Source: a bacterium ADurb.Bin236 (GTDB lineage: Bacteria > UBP15 > UBA6099). From it: a stretch of DNA of 64,000 nt. The notes beneath the pieces are model-generated. The model was not told the origin of the DNA, searched no databases, and was given only the letters and a program-made list of their open reading frames with translations. How positions within the stretch are numbered: position 1 is the first letter of the stretch; every line of letters starts with the position of its first letter. The DNA is taken from positions 67,795-131,794 of the forward strand of contig MWCD01000001.1 of NCBI GenBank assembly GCA_002069885.1. Direction: 5' to 3'. This document shows positions 38,608 through 48,168 of this stretch, piece after piece. A program made the translations under genes and the position numbers.

Positions 38608-39909
38608 TCATTCACTGGGAGCGTCGTCACAGCATCTGAATCCTACGCCGGTAAACCCCAAATCCATTGTTGAGTAAACGCCCGGTCGCGCGCAAGCTGA
38701 CTGTTCAGGCCCAGTTAGCCACGAACCGCCCCTTCTTTCTTTAAGCCCGCTGTTTTCAAGATAATGCTTGTAGTTTTCCGATGTGTATTCCCACAGGTTG
38801 CCGGACATATCAAAAACGCCGTATTCGTTCGAGCAGAGAGGATGAGCGCCCGAAGGCTGAAGCTTAGTTCCGGCCACGTTGCAGGCGGACACATCGTAAA
38901 AATCCCCATATGGATACAGTGATTTGCGAGGCCCGCGGCATGCGCGGTTCCACTCCGGGCCGGAACACAACCGCTTTCCGGCTTCCGCGCATTTCTCTTC
39001 CGCCTCATTTGGGGAAAGCGTCTCCATCGGCATCCGTCCTGCTTCATTTGGAAACTCGTAAATGTCCACACAAAATGAATCCACGAACACCGCGTCGGCT
39101 TTACCGCCCTTTGGTCTTTCCACCACCACATATCCGGCGGGTATTTCAACGGTTTTATCTTCACATCGGCCCGCACCGATCTTTGCCGCCTCGTCCGCAA
39201 GACCTCCGGCGTCAAGAACATCGTTCCATGCCGACAGATATTTCATCATTTTTGCTATGTCGAATCCATTCGGCCCGCTTCTGGCTCCGCTTATTCCGAA
39301 AAACGCCGCCTTGTCTTGCTTGAGAAGAATCGACTGCTCGTCAACATCAGTTATGTCGGCTTCCCCTGCCATGCAGTAGAATTCCGAGCCTCTCTGCGCG
39401 GCGCTTGCTTCAATTCCGCCCTCTCTTACGAACAGCCTAGCTTTTCCCATCCTTGCAACCGCTGAGAATGTTTCTACCTCGAAAGGCTTGGTTCTTCGCT
39501 CCGACCATCGCGTTTTTGCGACAATATACGCCTCGCCTCGGTAGAGGGATATGCCCCTCGCCGGGACTTTTCCTTCCTCATACTTTGTTTCCGGACGAAT
39601 TCCCAATATCAAAGCTTCGGAGCCGCCTGCCAATCTTGCGTCCCCTCCGTCTCTGAAAACTATCATTGCGGCAGATTTTTCTCCGGTTCTTATCCTGTCT
39701 CCGGCTTCCAGAGAATCGCCAGAAGCCGCCTTCTTCCACTCGACTTCCTCGGCAGCGAGTTTCCAAGCTTCGCCTGAAACAGCGGAGACGACCGCAAACG
39801 GCATAAGCCCGTTCTTGGCGCATCCTGAATAAAACATGGCGATGAAGAACAGAGACATAGTCCATGCCGCCCTGTGAAATCCGCGTTTTCTGTTTCTTTC
39901 ATCTGACAT
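38608..39909 (-). CDS. Lipoprotein with an FecR-like domain and a C-terminal formylglycine-generating-enzyme (FGE-sulfatase) domain
   Basis: The lipobox FFIAMFYSGC is present. A FecR-like block SAAMIVFRDGGDARLAGGSEALI is present. The C-terminal FGE motifs are GNLWEYT, RGGSW and GFRCC. The start is uncertain (40017, 39909 or 39858). Confidence 0.6.
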   Translation of the reverse strand: MSDERNRKRGFHRAAWTMSLFFIAMFYSGCAKNGLMPFAVVSAVSGEAWKLAAEEVEWKKAASGDSLEAGDRIRTGEKSAAMIVFRDGGDARLAGGSEALILGIRPETKYEEGKVPARGISLYRGEAYIVAKTRWSERRTKPFEVETFSAVARMGKARLFVREGGIEASAAQRGSEFYCMAGEADITDVDEQSILLKQDKAAFFGISGARSGPNGFDIAKMMKYLSAWNDVLDAGGLADEAAKIGAGRCEDKTVEIPAGYVVVERPKGGKADAVFVDSFCVDIYEFPNEAGRMPMETLSPNEAEEKCAEAGKRLCSGPEWNRACRGPRKSLYPYGDFYDVSACNVAGTKLQPSGAHPLCSNEYGVFDMSGNLWEYTSENYKHYLENSGLKERRGGSWLTGPEQSACARPGVYSTMDLGFTGVGFRCCDDAPSE

Positions 39910-40010
39910 TTGCGCGACCATCCGCCAAATCTGCCTATTTTTCTTTGCAATTATATCAAACAATCCCGCCGCAGACCTTGTTTCGTGAAACGAACGTCTG
40001 CGCAAACTTG

Positions 40011-41354
40011 TCAGCAATCAATCCTGATATCATCAGCCGTCATTCCGTCCGAAAAAACACTGCGCAGAGAGCCGTATGCGATTCGGCCTTTCAGTTCATC
40101 CGCTCCATCGGCAAACACGCGGATATAGTTGCGCGTAAGGCCCGTCAGCCTCCCCGTCGCAGGATCGCGGCGCGACTCGAATAGAATCTCCGCGCGTTCA
40201 CCCACATGCCGGAGCCTGAATTCCTCGCCTAACCGCTTTTTTATCGCTGACAGGTCTCTCGCTCGCCTTTTTTTTATTTCATCAGAAACTTGTCCCGGCA
40301 ACTTTGCGGCAGGCGTTCCTTCGCGCGGCGAATATCTGAATATATGCAGATGCGACGGCCTTGTCGATTCGAGCAACGCTTTCGTTCGCAGATGATTTTC
40401 ATCGCTCTCGCCGGGAAATCCCACAATCACGTCCGCTCCTATCGCAGCTTCAGGAAATATTTCTCTTAATAAGTCAACCGAGCGGCGGTATTCGTCCGAA
40501 GTATAGCTCCTTCTCATCATCCTCAATATCGAGTCGTCCCCGCTCTGAAGGGAAACATGGAAATGTCCGCAGATTTTGTCCTTGCCGTTTTTTAGCGCGG
40601 CAAGAAAACCGGGCGAAATCTCTCCGGGGTCGATTGATCCCAGCCTTATTCTGCGAATTCCGCTCACATCAAACAAAGCGCGCAGCAGGTCGGCCAGCGT
40701 TTTGTTTTCTTCGGAACCTCTTCCATATCTTCCTATGTGAACGCCAGTGAGAACAATTTCCTCGTAACCGTTCGCCGCCAGCCGGGTCGCCATGCCGACA
40801 GCCGCTTCCATTGGAGCGCTTCGCTCTTTTCCTCTGGCGATAGGCACTATGCAATATGAACACCGTCTGTCGCATCCTTCTTGAATCCTAAGGAACGCCC
40901 TGTCGCGCCCTGCCATCCCTTCTATTTCCATAACGCGGAACTTCTTCTGTCCGAACACATCGTCAACAGCCCTGCGCGGCGCTCCTTCCCCTGCCTTTAA
41001 TGCTTCATCTACAAGCTCAGGAATGCGGTCTTTTTCAAGCGTTCCGGAAATGATGTCTATGCCGGAAACCATCGATTCGATCTCGCCGGGATTGACTTGA
41101 GAGTAGCAGCCTGTCGCCACCACGACCGATCCGGGATTGGCGTTTTTCATGGCGACGGCTCGCCGCAGAATCTGCCGGCATTGGTGGTCCGTCGAGCCTG
41201 TAACCGAACATGTGTTTACCACATAGACATCGGCCGCGACATCCTTCGAGAACGGGACGGACTCATATCCCGCTCGCTCGAACGCGAACCTAATCGCTTC
41301 GGTATCGGCCTGATTCAGTTTGCAGCCAAGAGTAGCAAACGCGACGCGTTTCAT
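40011..41354 (-). CDS. mtaB: MiaB-family radical SAM methylthiotransferase (MtaB-like)
   Basis: The MTTase N-domain VAFATLGCKLNQADTE is present. The radical SAM CxxxCxxC appears as CDRRCSYC. A TRAM-like C-terminus is present. Confidence 0.7.
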   Translation of the reverse strand: MKRVAFATLGCKLNQADTEAIRFAFERAGYESVPFSKDVAADVYVVNTCSVTGSTDHQCRQILRRAVAMKNANPGSVVVATGCYSQVNPGEIESMVSGIDIISGTLEKDRIPELVDEALKAGEGAPRRAVDDVFGQKKFRVMEIEGMAGRDRAFLRIQEGCDRRCSYCIVPIARGKERSAPMEAAVGMATRLAANGYEEIVLTGVHIGRYGRGSEENKTLADLLRALFDVSGIRRIRLGSIDPGEISPGFLAALKNGKDKICGHFHVSLQSGDDSILRMMRRSYTSDEYRRSVDLLREIFPEAAIGADVIVGFPGESDENHLRTKALLESTRPSHLHIFRYSPREGTPAAKLPGQVSDEIKKRRARDLSAIKKRLGEEFRLRHVGERAEILFESRRDPATGRLTGLTRNYIRVFADGADELKGRIAYGSLRSVFSDGMTADDIRIDC

Positions 41355-41426
41355 CCGTCCGCCTCCCGGAAATATTGTACACGCGAGGGCGCGGCGGCGC
41401 ATTCATTGGCATTTTTTTGTGTGATT

Positions 41427-41744
41427 TCAGAGTTCTTCTTCCGAACGGACGAAACGTATGACTTGGTTCATGCGAGTTCGAAGCATTGATTCGAGGGCTA
41501 CATTTCTGGCGTTCAAAACCACGAATTCGCCGCCTTCGGCAATGGCTTTCTCGTGGAACCTCAGAAGCGTTCCGATCACGCTTGAGTTGATAACAGGGGA
41601 TTCCATGAGATCCACGCATATCGCATGATCGCCGGAATCGAACAGCACGGCCAATTGTTCGGACAAACGGGAGGAGTCCTCTATCATCGACAAGTCTCCG
41701 CCCGGACACACCACACAGAATTTTCCTTTTCTGCGAATCCTCAC
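41427..41744 (-). CDS. STAS-domain anti-sigma-factor antagonist
   Basis: The STAS fold is recognisable, with a phosphorylatable Ser region VINSSVIGTLL. Confidence 0.65.
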   Translation of the reverse strand: MRIRRKGKFCVVCPGGDLSMIEDSSRLSEQLAVLFDSGDHAICVDLMESPVINSSVIGTLLRFHEKAIAEGGEFVVLNARNVALESMLRTRMNQVIRFVRSEEEL

Positions 41745-41852
41745 ATCCGGCTCCCCCGCCGTCGCGACCTACGCAATAAATTCTAACACAATCAGCGTCC
41801 GCGTGAACCGCTAATTTTAATAATGTCGATTTCGAAAAACAGAATGATTACT

Positions 41853-42212
41853 TCAGGGGATATTTTCGACATTGTCATAAATCTTGAAAATGCTTCTAAA
41901 ATTCAGCATGTCGAATAGTTGGAGAATAGCGGGAGCGGCCCCGGCAATAAACATCTCCCCGCCTCGCGACCTCACGTATTTCAATGCCGCCACAAGCGAA
42001 CCGAGGCTTACGCTGTCGATAATCTGAATGTTGGACATATCTATCACTGCGTCGCCGGAGTGATCTATCAATGAATCCTTCACGGCGTTGAGAAAGCCTC
42101 TGTTGTTGTTGTGGGTTATCTCGTTGACTAGGGGTGTGATGACGATAGCGCCGCCGCTGAGGCGCGTCTCAACATCCATGTTGTCTTGTTTCTCGATCAT
42201 GCGGCTCCTCAA
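41853..42212 (-). CDS. STAS-domain anti-sigma-factor antagonist
   Basis: The motif IIDSVSLGSLVAAL (the conserved phosphorylatable Ser of the SpoIIAA/RsbV family) is present. Confidence 0.7.
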   Translation of the reverse strand: MRSRMIEKQDNMDVETRLSGGAIVITPLVNEITHNNNRGFLNAVKDSLIDHSGDAVIDMSNIQIIDSVSLGSLVAALKYVRSRGGEMFIAGAAPAILQLFDMLNFRSIFKIYDNVENIP

Positions 42213-42412
42213 GCATACGAGTCGAATCTGGAAAAACGTTGAATGCTATCCGTGCGCGCAGTCCACGGCCCCTGCTCGATGAGCGGCCGCCTATTTTCAT
42301 CAATCGATTTGAATGCCTCGGCCATGACCCTGAGCCATGTCGCGCTCTTATAAAGTCCGCCGGCCATCCATGTTATCTGCGCCGCGCTTCCTCCGCCTTC
42401 AATCGCTGACAT
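42209..42412 (-). CDS. Small hypothetical protein (67 aa)
   Basis: It overlaps the upstream STAS gene by 14 nt and the downstream STAS gene by 4 nt, a pattern typical of translational coupling. I found no recognisable motif. Confidence 0.3.
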   Translation of the reverse strand: MSAIEGGGSAAQITWMAGGLYKSATWLRVMAEAFKSIDENRRPLIEQGPWTARTDSIQRFSRFDSYA

Positions 42413-42767
42413 CGGCTTCCTCCCTTTCTCTGAACCATGCTACAGCGCTTTCCACGCTATTGAAAACTTTTATCACTTTATTCAGATGCAACGCGCCGAA
42501 CAACTCGTTGATTTTCGGGTCTTTAATCACCACTACCATGTCGCCGCCCAAACGGCGCGCGAACAATAGCAGCGGCGCGAGCATTCCTAGCGCCAAACTG
42601 TCCATGAACTTCACTCGTGAAAGGTCTAAACAAATATTGCAGTTATAATCGCTGAATGAGCTTCTAACCTTGGCGAAAGTTTCCTCATAATTCGTAAACT
42701 GTATGACCTCCACCAGAACGGTGACGACCCTCGTTTGTTCTATGTCTTTAACAAGAGTGTATATCAT
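42399..42767 (-). CDS. STAS-domain anti-sigma-factor antagonist
   Basis: The motif KFMDSLALGML is present. Length is 122 aa. Confidence 0.7.
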   Translation of the reverse strand: MIYTLVKDIEQTRVVTVLVEVIQFTNYEETFAKVRSSFSDYNCNICLDLSRVKFMDSLALGMLAPLLLFARRLGGDMVVVIKDPKINELFGALHLNKVIKVFNSVESAVAWFREREEADVSD

Positions 42768-43009
42768 TGACTGGCCTCTCGGTCATGACGCAAACACGCA
42801 TAACGTTGCTGTACTACATTATAACGACAGTTTTTAAAATAACTTTACAACTAAAACCGAGACGCGCCTCCAAAATCATCAAATATCGATTATTCATGTC
42901 TTTATTTGTGAAATAAAGCATTCTCTCAACCGAATAAATTCTCAACGGCTTATGCCGGAATGTCCGGTGTGTTATAATTTCCGAGACAACACATGGAGGC
43001 GACGGGATA

Positions 43010-44305
43010 ATGGTTCAGGTTTTGAGCATGGTGCTTGCCGGAGGCGAAGGGGAAAGGCTTTCCATACTGACACAAAGGCGCGCAAAACCAGTCGTCCTTT
43101 TCGGAGGCATGTACCGTGTCATTGATTTCGTGCTCTCCAATATAATCAACTCAGGTTTCAGAGACATCGGCATGCTGCTTCAGTACGAGCCTGACTCCGT
43201 TCTTAAACACCTCTCCTTTGCATGGACGATGGACAGAGGAATCGCTAGGATAGACACGCTTTTCCCGAAAAGAAAAAATGAAAGCTACGAAAGCCCCGCT
43301 GACGCTGTTTTTAAAAGGCTCGATTACATTCTGGATAAGAATCCTGTGTACGTCCTCATCGTCCCCGGAGATTACGTGTCCCTGATAGACTATAGAAAAA
43401 TCGTCCGGTATCACGAGGAGATGGAAGCTGACCTGACAATAGCCGGAACGATGGTGGATTCTTCGAAAGCGAACCGGTTCGGAATGATGAAGGTGAACCC
43501 GAGCGGAGAAGTGACAGGATACGTCGAAAAACCCAAGGGAAAAATCGACACGAACTTCGCCTCAATGGGCATTTATGTTTTTACATTGGACGTGCTTGTC
43601 AGAAGGCTCATAGAAGAGGACCGCACAAGCGGAGGCAGCCCGATAAGTTTCACATACGGGATGCTGCCGAAAATGCTGGGAGAGGACCGTGTTTTCGCGT
43701 ACAACTTCGAGGGATACTGGCGCGACATCGGAACAATAGATTCATATTTCGAGTCCAATCTGGAACTGATAAAGATAATGCCGGAACTGAACCTTTACGA
43801 CGTGAGGAACCCGTTGCGCTCGCGGCTGCGGTTCGAGCCTCCCGCGAAGATATGCGAATACGGGAGCGTGAAAAACTCGATAATAACCCAAGCGAGCCTT
43901 ATTGACGGACACGTCGAGCGCTCAATAATATTCCCTCACGTGCGAATCGACAAAGGGGCGGAAGTGTACGACTCTCTTATCATGCCTAACAACCACATCG
44001 GCGCCGGAACGATAATCCGCCGCTCAATACTGGACACCGTGTCACGACAGCAGCATAACGACATGAAGCCCAACATCGGGCGAGACAGCGTTATCGGCGG
44101 TTACGGAGACGCTCGCCCGAATATCGAGCAGCCCGACGCGCTCAATTCCAGCATCACTCTCGTCGGCATGGAATCGGAGATTCCCGACAACACGATCATA
44201 GGAAGAAACTGCATAGTGTATCCGGATGTTCGTTCTGTGGATTTTCAGGGACGCAGAACAATATCAGACGGGGAATGCGTGCATCCGACTTTGCACAGGC
44301 TGTGA
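43010..44305 (+). CDS. glgC: Glucose-1-phosphate adenylyltransferase family (GlgC/GlgD-like)
   Basis: The N-terminus LAGGEGERL...GGMYRVIDF is present, along with a left-handed beta-helix C-terminus. A TATAAT -10 and a GGAGG RBS lie upstream. Confidence 0.7.
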   Translation: MVQVLSMVLAGGEGERLSILTQRRAKPVVLFGGMYRVIDFVLSNIINSGFRDIGMLLQYEPDSVLKHLSFAWTMDRGIARIDTLFPKRKNESYESPADAVFKRLDYILDKNPVYVLIVPGDYVSLIDYRKIVRYHEEMEADLTIAGTMVDSSKANRFGMMKVNPSGEVTGYVEKPKGKIDTNFASMGIYVFTLDVLVRRLIEEDRTSGGSPISFTYGMLPKMLGEDRVFAYNFEGYWRDIGTIDSYFESNLELIKIMPELNLYDVRNPLRSRLRFEPPAKICEYGSVKNSIITQASLIDGHVERSIIFPHVRIDKGAEVYDSLIMPNNHIGAGTIIRRSILDTVSRQQHNDMKPNIGRDSVIGGYGDARPNIEQPDALNSSITLVGMESEIPDNTIIGRNCIVYPDVRSVDFQGRRTISDGECVHPTLHRL

Positions 44306-44321
44306 GCTAGGCCCTGTTCGA

Positions 44322-45056
44322 TCACCAGAAGAAGACCACATTGTCAATGTATATCTCGCCTTCCGGCATAATCGTAATCTTCACCTTCCCGGAGCCTTTT
44401 GATTCGTTTTTGATCAGATAATTGAAAACAACTCCCTCGCGTCTGAAATCCACAGCGGCTTTGCCCTTCATCAGTTTCATGGCCGGCCCGTTTTTCGCGC
44501 TGAACCTCGGTTCGGCATAGATTCCGGCAAAAGTGTGGAACGGAGAGGCGAGGATCAGGTCAAACTCGTTCAAATTTACGGCGAACCTCGGATTGAACGC
44601 TTTCCAGTCGGGGACTTCTTCAGAGCGGGCTTTCGTCGCGGAAATCGAATCCGGTTTTGACAACGAGTGAGAATATTTTCTGACAGCTTTCTTTAAGAAC
44701 TTCTGTGAAAAAGAAGGCGACCGCAATATCCTCGTTTCGCTGAAGGTAGCCCTGACCACAGGGTCTATGTAACACTTTTCCGGCTCGTTCGAAAATACGC
44801 AAACGAACACAAGCGCGCGCCTGTCTTTCGCGTTTTCAGAGAACCTCACTCCGAAGCTTTGGGAAAAAGACTTCGTCAACAACGCTGTTATCTCGCTTGC
44901 CTCCAACAAATCTCCATCGCCCTGCCTCGGAATGGTTCCGGCCTTAACCGAATAGTTCTTTGCCAGCCTTTCCGCGTAAATATCCCAAAACTCCGCCGCG
45001 CGGGCTGACCCCGCCAGCAATATAATTACCGCCGCAAACGCCACAGTCTTTTTCAT
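44322..45056 (-). CDS. Exported hypothetical protein
   Basis: A Sec signal MKKTVAFAAVIILLAGSARA is present. A GGAGGGGAGG RBS lies upstream. Confidence 0.5.
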   Translation of the reverse strand: MKKTVAFAAVIILLAGSARAAEFWDIYAERLAKNYSVKAGTIPRQGDGDLLEASEITALLTKSFSQSFGVRFSENAKDRRALVFVCVFSNEPEKCYIDPVVRATFSETRILRSPSFSQKFLKKAVRKYSHSLSKPDSISATKARSEEVPDWKAFNPRFAVNLNEFDLILASPFHTFAGIYAEPRFSAKNGPAMKLMKGKAAVDFRREGVVFNYLIKNESKGSGKVKITIMPEGEIYIDNVVFFW

Positions 45057-45201
45057 TGTCCACACCTCCCCTCCACTATTAATATACCCGCGCAAGCGCG
45101 CGCATAATCATAAATATTTGCTTTATTATTGGCATTATTAATGACAATGGATTCTCAAACTGCGTGTCGGAGCGCTGTCAAGCAATAACGTTTCGCGACT
45201 T

Positions 45202-45534
45202 TTATATTCTCATCAGAGCCTCTTCCTTATTCGAAAATATCCTGTATTGTTCATCTATATGAAGCCGGGCGAGAGTGTTTCTTACATCCGCAGGCACGGC
45301 GGCCAACGCGATTTTTCTGTCGTTAAACTTCTGTTTCACATTTAATAAAAAGGCCGCTCCTTTGCTGTCAATGAACGTCAATCCGGCCATGTCTATTATC
45401 ACAGGCAGGTTGTTTCCGCTTTTGACCTCGTCTATGGCGAATATAAGGGCTTCGAGGTATTCGCCGACCATCTCCCCTGTCAGTTTTATCATGTTGTTGT
45501 TATCAATCATCGCAGAATCAACCGTTAATTTCAT
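45202..45534 (-). CDS. STAS-domain anti-sigma-factor antagonist
   Basis: The motif FIDSKGAAFLL is present. A GGGGTG RBS lies upstream. It sits immediately downstream of the flagellin-family gene and its terminator. Confidence 0.7.
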   Translation of the reverse strand: MKLTVDSAMIDNNNMIKLTGEMVGEYLEALIFAIDEVKSGNNLPVIIDMAGLTFIDSKGAAFLLNVKQKFNDRKIALAAVPADVRNTLARLHIDEQYRIFSNKEEALMRI

Positions 45535-45649
45535 AAACTTCACCCCTTTTCGTCATATATCCCTAGTTTCTTTTTACCCTGTTTTATATAGTTTAATCTG
45601 GATTTTTGGATAATGCCGGGTTGCAGTGGCCGCTTGAATGAACTCAAAC

Positions 45650-45690
45650 CAAAAACCCGGCCTTGCGGGCCGGGCTTTTGTGTTTTCGTT
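45650..45690. terminator. Bidirectional intrinsic terminator
   Basis: A 7-bp GC stem (CCCGGCC..GGCCGGG, 45656..45674) is flanked by an A-run upstream and a T-run downstream, so it reads as a terminator on both strands. Confidence 0.65.
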
Positions 45691-45735
45691 TGTAATATAT
45701 TCGCCGGATCTCTGCTTTCGCGGTCCGGATGCTTG

Positions 45736-46746
45736 CTATCTATCCGATGCGACTCCCGAATAACCGACCATCTTCTGTCCTTCCAATCCATCATATATGG
45801 CGTCAAGCAAGGGGACGGCTATCAAGGGCTGAGCGTTGGCTTGGCTGGCGATCATAGTAGCGCCCTGCTGCTTAATCATGTTCTTGGTATACTCGAATAT
45901 CTCGTTGGCGAAATCCGCGTCTTCGATGCGCGAGTTCGAAGCCGAGACGTTGATGTACTGTGTGTTCAGATCGTTAATTGTTTTGTCCAGCCGTTCGTGC
46001 AGGATGCCGACCTGCACGCGCACCGCGTTCATCTTCTCCATCATGCCGTCCACCCTATCAAGCATAGCGTCGGCATATCCGAGATAGTAGTTGTAGCCAG
46101 CGTCGCCGAAAGGAGGCGGCGGCGCGTACGGAGTGTTAAACCCTACGAATTCGGCCGCTAGGTTGTCAATTACGATTTGAATCTGATTTGCGGCTGAATT
46201 GTTTGGGCCGACCTGAGAAGCTTGTCCGGTCTCGAAACCGTTGCCCAAACTGTCGTCGCCGAAAATTGTTTTAAGATTGAAGTTGAACCTCGCTGTGTGG
46301 ATAGGCGCGCTCGGATCGAGCTGATTATGAAACGCTCTGTAAACATGATCCTGTAATTTTTCGATTTCTTTAGTGAGGGACCAGCAGTCGCTCATGCTGG
46401 GCACAGACGCCGGGTCAGTATTGGGGTTGACGTTGTTCACCGCCATGTTGGCGAGTTTTAGAGTCAGGTTTCGCATCTCGTACAGAACGTCCCATTGATC
46501 CGAAACATAGTGGTCGGTCAGATCCAACAGATACTGGGTGTCCTGAGCGTTGCCGATAGCGACGCTTACGCCTCGCATCTGAGCCTTCATGCCTGATGAA
46601 ATCGCCATGCCGGACGGATCGTCCGAAGCATAGTTGATTTTCAATCCGGATGAGAGCCGAGTGGTTTTTTCGGTAAATTCCAGTTGATTGAGTCTGGAGT
46701 AATTCTGTGACGTGAGCGCATAGATATTGGTGTTGACCGATATCAT
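45736..46746 (-). CDS. Flagellin-family protein (336 aa) with a C-terminal extension
   Basis: The N-terminus RLSSGLKINYASDDPSGMAISSG and the C-terminus SRIEDADFANEIFEYTKNMIKQQGATMIASQANAQP match flagellin. About 30 extra residues follow the usual flagellin C-terminus. A GGAGG RBS is present. Confidence 0.75.
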   Translation of the reverse strand: MISVNTNIYALTSQNYSRLNQLEFTEKTTRLSSGLKINYASDDPSGMAISSGMKAQMRGVSVAIGNAQDTQYLLDLTDHYVSDQWDVLYEMRNLTLKLANMAVNNVNPNTDPASVPSMSDCWSLTKEIEKLQDHVYRAFHNQLDPSAPIHTARFNFNLKTIFGDDSLGNGFETGQASQVGPNNSAANQIQIVIDNLAAEFVGFNTPYAPPPPFGDAGYNYYLGYADAMLDRVDGMMEKMNAVRVQVGILHERLDKTINDLNTQYINVSASNSRIEDADFANEIFEYTKNMIKQQGATMIASQANAQPLIAVPLLDAIYDGLEGQKMVGYSGVASDR

Positions 46747-46901
46747 TTCGCTACCTCCATGTATTTTACTGCCGCTGCGGGAAAAATCCTTTTTTCCCGT
46801 TTGCCCCGGAACCGCCGTCTAACTTAACCCGCCCCGGTATGCCCTGAAAGCGCCTTGAGATATACTTCGCCAACATGTCCGGCGCTTTCGCTACTGTTAA
46901 T

Positions 46902-46928
46902 AAATCGGCCTTGCGGCGAAAAACTTTA
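46902..46928 (-). promoter_or_regulatory. Sigma-28 (FliA) promoter: TAAAGTTT-N11-GCCGATTT
   Basis: The -35 element is a perfect consensus, the -10 matches 6/8, and the spacer is 11 nt. It lies about 155 nt upstream of the flagellin-family start. Confidence 0.6.
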
Positions 46929-46995
46929 GCTTTACTGGAAATATTCCGGTATTAGTCGAATCCTCCAGCCTTGAAATCCGTCGCGGACTCAATTA

Positions 46996-48126
46996 TTAAA
47001 ACTTCTGTTTTAGAATATCTATCACATTCGCTTTAGTGAAGTCGCAAAGTGTGTTGTCGAGGTTGCGTTGAGCCGTGAGCGCGGGTATGGACTCCAAGTC
47101 TTCCGGTTTAACCCCGATATCGGATAGTTTCTGAGGAGTTCCGAGAGAAGCGCAGAAATCGCGGAGTTTTGCGACCGCTGACGGGCCGTCAGGAACTTCC
47201 ATAGCGGCAAGCAGGGCGTTTTGTTTTTCTTCTCCCAACGCTTCCCAGTTCCATTCCAGAATTTCTGGCATTGTGAAAGCGCAGGCGAAACCGTGGTCCA
47301 GCCCGTATCTAGCTGTGAGAGGATAGGAAATGGAGTGGCACGCGCAAGTGCCTGTAGAAGAGAAAGCAAGGCTGGCTAGCAGGGATGCCAGCATGGTCTT
47401 CTCGCGGGCGGCGATGTTTGAGCCGTTCTCAAACGCCGTCGGCAGCCATCTGAAAGACAATCTGACCGCTTCGAGCGCGTTAATATCGGAAACCGGTTGA
47501 GCACGCTTCGCCCAGTAAGCTTCCAAGGCGTGTGAAAGCGCGTCTACGCCTGTAGACGCCGTCTGCCTCTTAGGCAATGTCAACAGCAGTTCTGGGTCGA
47601 GAACCGCCGCGCGCGGGAAAGCCTGCTCTGGCGCGAAAGCCAGTTTGAGGTCCTTCTGAGAGTCCGTGGCGACCATGAACGGATTAACCTCGGAGCCTGT
47701 CCCGGCGGTGGTTGGGATGGCGATTACTGGCATGGCGGGTTTCGATACCGCGCGTCCACCGACGAGATATTCCATAACGGGACCGCCGTTGGAGGCTATC
47801 ACTGCGGACGCTTTAGCCACGTCGAGAGTGGAACCGCCTCCGATTCCGACGATGGTTTTGCAACCCGCGCTCAAGGCGAGAGCCGCGCATTCGTCCATCT
47901 GCGTGTGTTCAGGATTGGGTGATACGCTGTCATATACTGCGGCAACGCCGACTCCGCTAAGCAGAGCCTCGACGCGGCTCAGAGCGCCTATCGCGCGCAT
48001 GGCAGGGTCGGCGACAATCAACACTGGCCCGCCTCCTGCTGTCACAACCTCTTCGGGCAGTTTCTCTAAGGCTCCAGCTCCGAATGTTATTTTCGTCTTG
48101 TGCTGATATGTCCATATTTTCGACAT
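46996..48126 (-). CDS. Iron-containing alcohol dehydrogenase family
   Basis: The Fe-ADH GGGS motif (IVGIGGGSTLDVAK) and metal-binding His blocks are present. Confidence 0.75.
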   Translation of the reverse strand: MSKIWTYQHKTKITFGAGALEKLPEEVVTAGGGPVLIVADPAMRAIGALSRVEALLSGVGVAAVYDSVSPNPEHTQMDECAALALSAGCKTIVGIGGGSTLDVAKASAVIASNGGPVMEYLVGGRAVSKPAMPVIAIPTTAGTGSEVNPFMVATDSQKDLKLAFAPEQAFPRAAVLDPELLLTLPKRQTASTGVDALSHALEAYWAKRAQPVSDINALEAVRLSFRWLPTAFENGSNIAAREKTMLASLLASLAFSSTGTCACHSISYPLTARYGLDHGFACAFTMPEILEWNWEALGEEKQNALLAAMEVPDGPSAVAKLRDFCASLGTPQKLSDIGVKPEDLESIPALTAQRNLDNTLCDFTKANVIDILKQKF

Positions 48127-48168
48127 CGCCGCGCCTCCCTGTTTGTTCTTTCCTGTCTCAATAAAAAA

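Noticed and set aside
42768-43009. Strong sigma-28 promoter for the STAS cluster
   Set aside because: Only a partial match is present (TAAAGTTA-N11-GTCGTTAT, with a -10 match of 5/8). I mention it in a finding but did not annotate it as a feature.
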